Of a stretch of 63,750 nt of DNA, positions 8,217 through 14,371 are shown in pieces (positions within the stretch are counted from its first letter, which is position 1; each line of letters opens with the position of its first letter). The notes beneath the pieces are model-generated. The model did not search any database and was not told the DNA's origin. It saw only the letters and a program-made list of their open reading frames with translations. A program made the translations under genes and the position numbers. The stretch is from a virus (taxonomy: Duplodnaviria; Caudoviricetes). Location: the IMG/VR virus record IMGVR_UViG_3300044630_001179, positions 1 to 63,750 of that record; one strand, written 5' to 3'.

Positions 8217-8411
8217 ATGACACAAGAACAAATGACCATCGAAAGACAGCGTAATGAAACCATTCAGGACGTAATCGACAGACTACTTTACCTGCCGGCA
8301 GACAAGTTGGAAGAGTACAAGTACTACCTCAATGTATTAGTGGACGTGTATCCCATTGATATGAAAATTGAGGACGGAATCAGAATCTATCACGTATCAA
8401 AAAGAAAGTAA
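8217..8411 (+). CDS. Hypothetical protein
   Basis: ORF track; directly downstream of HH2. Confidence 0.65.
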   Translation: MTQEQMTIERQRNETIQDVIDRLLYLPADKLEEYKYYLNVLVDVYPIDMKIEDGIRIYHVSKRK

Positions 8412-8412
8412 A

Positions 8413-8538
8413 ATGAAAATCTTATCAGTAATCTTAATCGTATCGTTCCTAACTTCTTGCAGTGTTGAGTACAAAATTGCTCACTACAAAAGACCAAACA
8501 GAAAACAGACCTGCATCGTTGGGAAGAGACCATTCTAA
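8413..8538 (+). CDS. Small lipoprotein (41 aa, lipobox LTSC)
   Basis: Translated by hand: MKILSVILIVSFLTSCSVEYKIAHYKRPNRKQTCIVGKRPF. Confidence 0.6.
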   Translation: MKILSVILIVSFLTSCSVEYKIAHYKRPNRKQTCIVGKRPF

Positions 8539-8550
8539 AATCAAATCAAT

Positions 8551-8712
8551 ATGGAAAGTCAACACTATTTCAAAGTATTCTACGGACAAGTATGCGTATG
8601 GTCAGTAGTCGCCCACACTAAGTGGGAGGCTATTGACAAGGCGTACTACAAATTCATTGGGGATAGACCCCATTTAGATAGGGCAAAGTTCAAGGCAAAG
8701 AAGGTTTATTAG
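8551..8712 (+). CDS. Small hypothetical protein (53 aa)
   Basis: Translated by hand, MESQHYFKVFY...; AATCAAATCAA leader. Confidence 0.6.
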   Translation: MESQHYFKVFYGQVCVWSVVAHTKWEAIDKAYYKFIGDRPHLDRAKFKAKKVY

Positions 8713-8720
8713 AAAATAAA

Positions 8721-8752
8721 TTTGGAGATGTCTAATTTATGTCGTATCTTCG
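8721..8752 (+). promoter_or_regulatory. Putative promoter
   Basis: TTTG-N20-TATCTTCG (one mismatch to TAnnTTTG). Confidence 0.5.
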
Positions 8753-8780
8753 TTCAATATCAGTTCAATAACAGGGTTCT

Positions 8781-8796
8781 GTGTCTTCAAAGACAC
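8781..8796 (+). repeat. 16-bp palindrome, copy 5 (5' leader of GATase-GGCT)
   Basis: Exact match. Confidence 0.9.
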
Positions 8797-8816
8797 TGCC
8801 CACAAATCAAATCAGT

Positions 8817-9917
8817 ATGTGTGTAATCATTATCAAGCAGACAGGGAAGCACGTTCCTCAGGAGGTTGCAAAGACCTCAGCAAGAATCAATCCTCACGGG
8901 TTGGGAATTATTTGGCTCGACACGTTCGAGGTTACCTATCACAAATCGTCCGAATACGCAGTATTGGACACAAAGCGACCATTCATCGCTCATTTTAGAT
9001 ATGCTACCATTGGTGCTATCAACAAGGAGAATACGCATCCATTCAGATGCGGGAGTAACAAACAGGAGTGGCTTATGATGAACGGTACTATCAGAGCACT
9101 TGGCAATTTCAAGAAGAGTGATTCAAGAGTATTGGCAGAGAACTTGGGAGAGATACCACGTCATAAATGGAAGAAGGAATTGGAGCAGTATGAGTGCAGG
9201 TTCGTTACGATTAACACGCACAGCAGAACGTATCAGGTGTATAACAAAGACTTATGGATTCAGAAGGATGGCGTGTGGTACAGCAAGGACAATGTACTTG
9301 AAGATAATTTAGTTGCGGTGTATGGCACGTTGAAGAAGGGTTACAGCAATTACAACCATTACCTTACCGGCTCAAAGCACTTGGGTAAGGGTGAGACCAA
9401 AGATAAGTATCCGCTTGTCATTCAGGGTTTGCCATACTTGATTGAGAAGAAGGGAGTAGGGCACAATGTGGAGGTGGACGTGTTCAAGGTGAGCGGTGGA
9501 ATATTGGCACAGCTTGACAGGTTGGAAGGTCATCCTAATTGGTACAGACGTAAGCAGATTGAGATTCAGATGAAGGACAAGACACTTACCTGTTGGATAT
9601 ATTTTAATATCAGAGAGAACGAGAAGGGACACGAGTTGCATAAGACATACACTCAGTTGCCTAACAAAGTGAAGTGGTACGAGGAGGAGGATGAGATAGA
9701 GAGCGAGAGGGTATTTAGTAAGTATGCTGACAGGCAGTTGAGTTTGCTCGATATATTCGAGGATGATTGTGAAGATTGTGGTTTTGATATAGTAAATGAG
9801 AAGCCCATTTGTGTAGATTGTTTTCACGACTTGGAACACGATGGCTTTGCGAACTACCATTGTAGTGGTTGCGATGGTTGGTTTGCTGAGGATGAGGTAC
9901 TGCGATTTAAACCTTAA
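8817..9917 (+). CDS. Class II (Ntn) glutamine amidotransferase fused to gamma-glutamylcyclotransferase (GGCT/AIG2-like) and a C-terminal Zn-ribbon
   Basis: Start MCVII gives the N-terminal Cys; NPHG.G, HFRYAT.G, HPF, MNG; then VAVYGTLKKG and LDRLEG; CVDC...CSGC. Start moved from 8781 to 8817. Confidence 0.8.
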   Translation: MCVIIIKQTGKHVPQEVAKTSARINPHGLGIIWLDTFEVTYHKSSEYAVLDTKRPFIAHFRYATIGAINKENTHPFRCGSNKQEWLMMNGTIRALGNFKKSDSRVLAENLGEIPRHKWKKELEQYECRFVTINTHSRTYQVYNKDLWIQKDGVWYSKDNVLEDNLVAVYGTLKKGYSNYNHYLTGSKHLGKGETKDKYPLVIQGLPYLIEKKGVGHNVEVDVFKVSGGILAQLDRLEGHPNWYRRKQIEIQMKDKTLTCWIYFNIRENEKGHELHKTYTQLPNKVKWYEEEDEIESERVFSKYADRQLSLLDIFEDDCEDCGFDIVNEKPICVDCFHDLEHDGFANYHCSGCDGWFAEDEVLRFKP

Positions 9918-9932
9918 CCTCAGTAGTGGGTG

Positions 9933-9948
9933 GTGTCTTCAAAGACAC
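9933..9948 (+). repeat. 16-bp palindrome, copy 6 (before HH3)
   Basis: Exact match. Confidence 0.9.
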
Positions 9949-9953
9949 TGCCC

Positions 9954-10004
9954 TCCGTCCCGGGATGTGCGTCCCGGCTGATGAGCTCGAAAGAGCGAAA
10001 CGGA
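9954..10004 (+). ncRNA. Hammerhead ribozyme type III (HH3); predicted cleavage after C9959
   Basis: TCCG-TC | CCGGGA-tgtgcg-TCCCGG | CTGATGA | GCTC-gaaa-GAGC | GAAA-CGGA. Confidence 0.93.
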
Positions 10005-10019
10005 AACCATCTAAACAAA

Positions 10020-10169
10020 ATGTCTATGAATTATTTTATCTTAGTCCTGAGTTGTTTTGTAAGTGCAATGGCAGGATGTTTTATCGGAGCGTATGTAACT
10101 TACAGGTCAATGAAAGTAATCGTGAGACGTAAGGTCGCACAAATTTTAAAAAATCAAAATCAAAAGTAA
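10020..10169 (+). CDS. Small single-TM membrane protein
   Basis: 3' part of ORF 9930-10169; ATG after HH3; hydrophobic YFILVLSCFVSAMAGCFIGAYV, basic tail. Confidence 0.6.
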   Translation: MSMNYFILVLSCFVSAMAGCFIGAYVTYRSMKVIVRRKVAQILKNQNQK

Positions 10170-10403
10170 ATGAAAAATCTAAACGTGTTTGAAATCGCAA
10201 CAAGTGGTTGGGAGGAAGAGAACTTCCGACTAATGACAAATCTTACTGAGAAGCAAATCAGAGATGTAATCAAGCCAATGGTTGACAAGGAGAGAGAAGA
10301 CGACATTGTGCTAAGCAATGATGATTATGTGCAGGCTTTACAGGACAAGTACAGGAATAAGATAGTAGTACTATTCGTTGACTTCGAGTTGTTAGAATTT
10401 TAA
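10170..10403 (+). CDS. Hypothetical protein
   Basis: ORF track. Confidence 0.65.
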   Translation: MKNLNVFEIATSGWEEENFRLMTNLTEKQIRDVIKPMVDKEREDDIVLSNDDYVQALQDKYRNKIVVLFVDFELLEF

Positions 10404-10406
10404 GTT

Positions 10407-10574
10407 ATGAGAAAATATTTTCAAATAACAAAGGGGTTGGTGTACTTCTTTGCTGAGTTGGTGTGGTTCTTTATTGTATCCATACCGTTGGCAATTTTGT
10501 TATTGACCATTGTTGAATCAGTATCATTAATCAAATCAATTATAATCAAATGTCAAAAAATCACTACGAGATGA
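10407..10574 (+). CDS. Small hydrophobic membrane protein (55 aa)
   Basis: Translated by hand: MRKYFQITKGLVYFFAELVWFFIVSIPLAILLLTIVES... Confidence 0.5.
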   Translation: MRKYFQITKGLVYFFAELVWFFIVSIPLAILLLTIVESVSLIKSIIIKCQKITTR

Positions 10575-10867
10575 GTGCGGTTGCCTCCGCAAATCTTGAA
10601 ATCGACTACCTACGAGGTCAGTTAAATGAGGCAAAGAAAAAACTAAAAGATATTGTAGAAGCACGATTGTTTCTAAGAAGCAAGGGGTACTTTGTTGAGA
10701 ATCTTTGGACTACAGATGACGTTACAGAGAACTACAATTGTACACAGGAACAGGCACAGCAGGTTCTTGAAATGGCACTTACAAACACAGCAACCATCGA
10801 GCAAATATGGAACGCCATTGACGATGCGTGCGACTCATTAGAAATTCGTAAAAATCTAAATCAATAA
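10550..10867 (+). CDS. Hypothetical protein
   Basis: ORF track. Confidence 0.7.
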   Translation: MSKNHYEMSAVASANLEIDYLRGQLNEAKKKLKDIVEARLFLRSKGYFVENLWTTDDVTENYNCTQEQAQQVLEMALTNTATIEQIWNAIDDACDSLEIRKNLNQ

Positions 10868-10871
10868 TCAA

Positions 10872-11267
10872 ATGGAAATCAAAATCATTCAAGGAGTAAA
10901 GCGAGAAGTCTTAGAAGATGTTTTCGTAACAGCGTTAGAAGGCGGCAGTAACTATTGGTACTACTTACCTGAGGAATCAATTAAGGCAATACGCAAGGCA
11001 GTACCTAAGAGCGAAGACCCATACATTAGTACAGCAATCTTAAAGGCAATCTTAGACCACGATGTGAAGATAGCTATCAATGATGCAGAGAACGAGGATG
11101 AAGTTATCGGGGTTATTACACGTGGAACAATGCAGGCACGTCTTCAATTGCTATCAGATAGCAATGAGAGGTGGGCGTTGGAGGCACATATGCGTGAGGA
11201 AGGAGATGCCGGTTCAGCAGATGTAGTATTTCAATATCTAACTATGGGGGAGGTGGTTTATGGATAA
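10872..11267 (+). CDS. Phage hypothetical protein (TALEGGSNYW...DA..AD...Q....GEVVYG)
   Basis: ORF track; motif typical of phage early proteins. Confidence 0.75.
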   Translation: MEIKIIQGVKREVLEDVFVTALEGGSNYWYYLPEESIKAIRKAVPKSEDPYISTAILKAILDHDVKIAINDAENEDEVIGVITRGTMQARLQLLSDSNERWALEAHMREEGDAGSADVVFQYLTMGEVVYG

Positions 11268-11457
11268 GGAACAAACATTAATCGACAGACTAAGGATGTT
11301 GCAGGAGCAAGCGTCCTTATTAATTCAGGAGTTGGAAGCAAATCCAAACTTCCCTGAGGGTCATATCATCACGAAAGAGTCTTGGGACAATGCAGACAAA
11401 ATTATCCACGATGGTTTTGTTTACGTGAAATATACAGACCTATTGTTTTATAAATAA
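11260..11457 (+). CDS. Hypothetical protein
   Basis: ORF track; overlaps the upstream stop. Confidence 0.6.
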   Translation: MDKEQTLIDRLRMLQEQASLLIQELEANPNFPEGHIITKESWDNADKIIHDGFVYVKYTDLLFYK

Positions 11458-11472
11458 ATTGTACTATATTTG
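11443..11472 (+). promoter_or_regulatory. Putative promoter
   Basis: TTG-N19-TATATTTG. Confidence 0.6.
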
Positions 11473-11526
11473 TACGGAATTTAATCAAATCAACGGGAGC
11501 CTTGTGCTCCCATAAACTTTTATCAA

Positions 11527-11769
11527 ATGAAAAGCATCATCACATTAGAAGATTTTAGCAACACGGGAAGGTTCACAGGAAGAGTAGCATACCTCGATAA
11601 GAATCCGGAAGTAGAACTGCACGAAGACTGTACAGACGTGGTTCAGTACATTGGCGGTCATATCATTCAGGTATTGAAGTCAGGTCAATTTATGGTGGAC
11701 GAAGGGTTCAGAAGTATCTCATTAGACGAATCAGAGGGTTGGTTGTATGTAAAAAAAATTAACAAATAA
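11527..11769 (+). CDS. Hypothetical protein
   Basis: ORF track. Confidence 0.65.
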   Translation: MKSIITLEDFSNTGRFTGRVAYLDKNPEVELHEDCTDVVQYIGGHIIQVLKSGQFMVDEGFRSISLDESEGWLYVKKINK

Positions 11770-11794
11770 TTGAACGATGTATGAACATTTTCAC

Positions 11795-11802
11795 TATATT
11801 TG
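11795..11802 (+). promoter_or_regulatory. -7 promoter element for the recombination/replication operon
   Basis: TATATTTG 21 nt upstream of ATG 11824. Confidence 0.55.
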
Positions 11803-11823
11803 TTTTCAAATCAAATTGAAGTT

Positions 11824-12126
11824 ATGAAGCACGATGTTTTTAATCAGTATGTAGAAAGGGTGGCTGACTTGTTCAGCATTAGCAAGGAGGATATATTCTC
11901 CAAATCAAAGAAGAGAGAGTTGGTAGACGCACGTCACTTGGTATATTACTTATGTGCTAAGAGACCTATGCAAATCACATACATTCAAAAGTATATGAAC
12001 GAGGCAGGCTACGAAATCAAGCACTCATCTATCATCCACGGAATCACTGCGGTTGAGCAGAAGATAGCGGAAGACAAGGACTACGTATCCATTGTCAAGG
12101 ATGTAGAGAGAGCAGTTTTTATTTAA
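11824..12126 (+). CDS. Stand-alone DnaA C-terminal-like HTH DNA-binding protein
   Basis: VADLFSISKEDI.SKSKKRELVDARHL.YYL...HSSIIHG...VE matches the DnaA domain IV pattern. Confidence 0.75.
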   Translation: MKHDVFNQYVERVADLFSISKEDIFSKSKKRELVDARHLVYYLCAKRPMQITYIQKYMNEAGYEIKHSSIIHGITAVEQKIAEDKDYVSIVKDVERAVFI

Positions 12127-12160
12127 TCAAATCAATCAGTTAATAATCAAATCAAATCAA

Positions 12161-12805
12161 ATGGAAAACAAAAAGACAGTTTTCGAGAGGCTATCTGCCA
12201 TCAATGTCAATGAGCACGTTGAAAAGAAAGACAATCTTACGTACCTATCTTGGGCGTGGGCTTGGTCAGAAACAAAGAGAGCGTGCCCTGACGCCACTTA
12301 CAAAATCGGGGAAACTACCTATGACGATGCACTTGGATTTATGTGCCACACTACGGTAACCATTGAAGGCGAGACCTTGGAGATGTGGTTGCCTGTGATG
12401 GATGGCAAGAACAAGTCAATGAAGAAGACAGCGTATAGTTACAGCACTCGCTTTGGAGACAAGCAGGTTGATGCTGCGACTACGTTCGACATTAACAAAA
12501 CCATTATGCGTTGCTTGGTGAAGAACTTAGCGATGTTTGGATTAGGGATTTATATCTATGCAGGAGAGGATTTACCGGAAGGAGAGTCTACAACTACAAA
12601 GGTGGAGGCTCCTAAGAAGACAGCCCCGGCAGTTGGAGATGCGTTACCTGACTTAAAGAAAGGTACAGCTAATTGGGATGCAGTTGTAAAATACGTAACG
12701 GCTAACAAGTCTTTGGGTATTGAGAAGATTGGGTCACAAATTACACGCAAGTACAAAATCAGTCCTGCATTAAAGAAAGAAATCGCTAACCTAATAAACG
12801 CATAA
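12161..12805 (+). CDS. Sak/Rad52-like single-strand annealing protein (DUF1071-like)
   Basis: LTYLSWAWAW, MWLPVMD, DINKT.MRCLVKNLAMFGLG.YIYAGEDLP. Confidence 0.85.
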   Translation: MENKKTVFERLSAINVNEHVEKKDNLTYLSWAWAWSETKRACPDATYKIGETTYDDALGFMCHTTVTIEGETLEMWLPVMDGKNKSMKKTAYSYSTRFGDKQVDAATTFDINKTIMRCLVKNLAMFGLGIYIYAGEDLPEGESTTTKVEAPKKTAPAVGDALPDLKKGTANWDAVVKYVTANKSLGIEKIGSQITRKYKISPALKKEIANLINA

Positions 12806-12807
12806 CA

Positions 12808-13548
12808 ATGGCAGATATAGATATAATTTCAGTACTACGTGACGACAACGAGTACTACAATGGTATTGGCAAACAATACTTATCCAATTCAGATATAGGC
12901 GTGTTGCTTAACAATCCTCAGGACTTCGGGAAGACACGTGAAGACAACAAAGCATTTATGGATGGCAGATACTTCCATCAGTTAATCTTGGAGCCTGAGA
13001 AGGCGAAGGATATGCCGGCAGTAGATGTGAGCACACGCACAACCAAAGAGTACAAAGCATTCTGCGAAGCAAACAACCTACCGTTCTGTATGTTGAAGAA
13101 GGAGCAGGACGAGATTCAAAACTTGGTGAGCATCATCAACGGGAACATTGCATTCTACGATGAGATTTACAAAGCAGGTAATCTGTACGAGACTCCGGCA
13201 ATTGCAGAGATTCAAGGTATGATGTGGAAGGGTAAGGCTGACATTGTCACAGACAATGCGGTGATTGACCTGAAAACTACAAGTGACATTCACAAGTTCA
13301 AGTACACTGCTAAGTCTTACAACTATGACAGTCAGTGCTACATTTATCAGGAGTTATTTGGTAAGCCATTAGTTTTCTACGTGATTGACAAAGGCACCGG
13401 AGTTCTTGGTATATTTAGACCAACAGAAGACTTTGTAAAAGGTGGGGAAATCAAAGTTGGTAAAGCGATTGAGGTATATAACAAGTATTTCAGTTCTACG
13501 CCATCAGATGACATTGTCAACTATTACATTGACGAGTACTTGTTATAA
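12808..13548 (+). CDS. PD-(D/E)XK exonuclease, RecE/DUF3799-like
   Basis: LSNS, G..FH.LILEP, KGKAD, IDLKTT, Y.Y..Q..IY. Confidence 0.8.
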   Translation: MADIDIISVLRDDNEYYNGIGKQYLSNSDIGVLLNNPQDFGKTREDNKAFMDGRYFHQLILEPEKAKDMPAVDVSTRTTKEYKAFCEANNLPFCMLKKEQDEIQNLVSIINGNIAFYDEIYKAGNLYETPAIAEIQGMMWKGKADIVTDNAVIDLKTTSDIHKFKYTAKSYNYDSQCYIYQELFGKPLVFYVIDKGTGVLGIFRPTEDFVKGGEIKVGKAIEVYNKYFSSTPSDDIVNYYIDEYLL

Positions 13549-13644
13549 AAAATTATGGCGTGTAACGTATATTGGGAATCTAAATAAGGTGAACGTTGTC
13601 CTTTCATCCACGCCATAAACTTATTTTTGCTCCCCCCGAAGCAA

Positions 13645-13660
13645 GTGTCTTCAAAGACAC
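13645..13660 (+). repeat. 16-bp palindrome, copy 7 (before the tRNA-like RNA)
   Basis: Exact match. Confidence 0.9.
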
Positions 13661-13663
13661 AAA

Positions 13664-13755
13664 GAGTCAGGTCGCTTAAGAGATGCATAAGTCAGTGCAT
13701 ACAGGTAAAGCGTAGGGATACTATGATGCAGGTTCGACTCCTGTCCTGACTCCCA
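13664..13755 (+). ncRNA. Aberrant tRNA-like RNA (acceptor stem, T-arm and encoded CCA; no canonical D or anticodon arm)
   Basis: AGTCAGG (13665-71) pairs with CCTGACT (13745-51); GCAGG-TTCGACT-CCTGT T-arm; C discriminator then CCA; middle folds as CGCTT/AAGCG enclosing ATGCA/TGCAT. Confidence 0.65.
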
Positions 13756-13828
13756 CTAATCATTAGCTTAGCCTCAGAGGTTAATGGTTGGTATAAATAG
13801 ACTGAGGCAACAAATAAATTTTAGACCA

Positions 13829-14143
13829 ATGGCACAAGACGAAAAAATCTTTGCAGACGGATTCTCATTCAAGAGAAACGAAAAAGCTCCTGACTTTGTA
13901 GTCGGAAGATTATCAATGAAAGTAGATGAGGCAGTCGCCTTCATCAGACAGCACGAGAAAGGCGGATGGGTAAACCTTAACATTAAGACTGCACGCAGTG
14001 GCAATCATTATGTTGAGTTGGATACCTATGAGCCGACTGTTCAGAGTGGTATGAAACCACAATCAGAGAAGGCTGCTACTCCAACACAGAAAGCACCTAA
14101 ACCGGATGCTCCTGATGAAGAAGATTTAGACCTTCCATTTTAG
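13829..14143 (+). CDS. Single-stranded DNA-binding protein-like
   Basis: Acidic C-terminal tail EEDLDLPF; next to Sak and exonuclease; start at MAQDEK. Confidence 0.65.
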   Translation: MAQDEKIFADGFSFKRNEKAPDFVVGRLSMKVDEAVAFIRQHEKGGWVNLNIKTARSGNHYVELDTYEPTVQSGMKPQSEKAATPTQKAPKPDAPDEEDLDLPF

Positions 14144-14172
14144 AATTGACACCCATTTAGAGAACAAAAATT

Positions 14173-14199
14173 GGGGGAGTGAAAACTTCCCCTTTTTTT
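14173..14199 (+). terminator. Intrinsic terminator
   Basis: GGGGGAGT-gaaa-ACTTCCCC followed by T7. Confidence 0.8.
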
Positions 14200-14210
14200 A
14201 CCTCTAATGC

Positions 14211-14370
14211 GTGACGAAAATGTCAATGTGTTTTCCCTATATTCTCTATATGTGTTTTTCTATTCTTCTTATTTTTTTAAATTATAATTTGAATAAAAAA
14301 TTGACATTATCGACATTAGTTCTAATAATCAGATAGTTAGCTATAATAAACCGACATAAAAACGACATAA
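14211..14370. repeat. AT-rich iteron-like region B, upstream of primase-helicase
   Basis: ATGTCAA, TTGACATTATCGACATTA, CCGACATAAAAACGACATAA; resembles region A. Confidence 0.65.
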
Positions 14371-14371
14371 G

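Noticed and set aside
8781-8816. N-terminal extension of the GATase ORF from GTG 8781
   Set aside because: The GTG belongs to the palindrome, and Ntn amidotransferases need Cys at position 2, which ATG 8817 provides
9926-10132. ORFs 9926-10132, the 5' part of 9930-10169, and 7986-8201 (-)
   Set aside because: They read through the palindrome/ribozyme cassettes; better explained as non-coding RNA
5595-13660. 16-bp palindromes as a CRISPR or mini-array
   Set aside because: Copies are hundreds to thousands of bases apart, shorter than CRISPR repeats, and no cas genes were recognised
13664-13755. Canonical decoding tRNA with an assignable anticodon
   Set aside because: No GG-containing D-loop or 5-bp/7-nt anticodon arm in the expected position; reported only as tRNA-like
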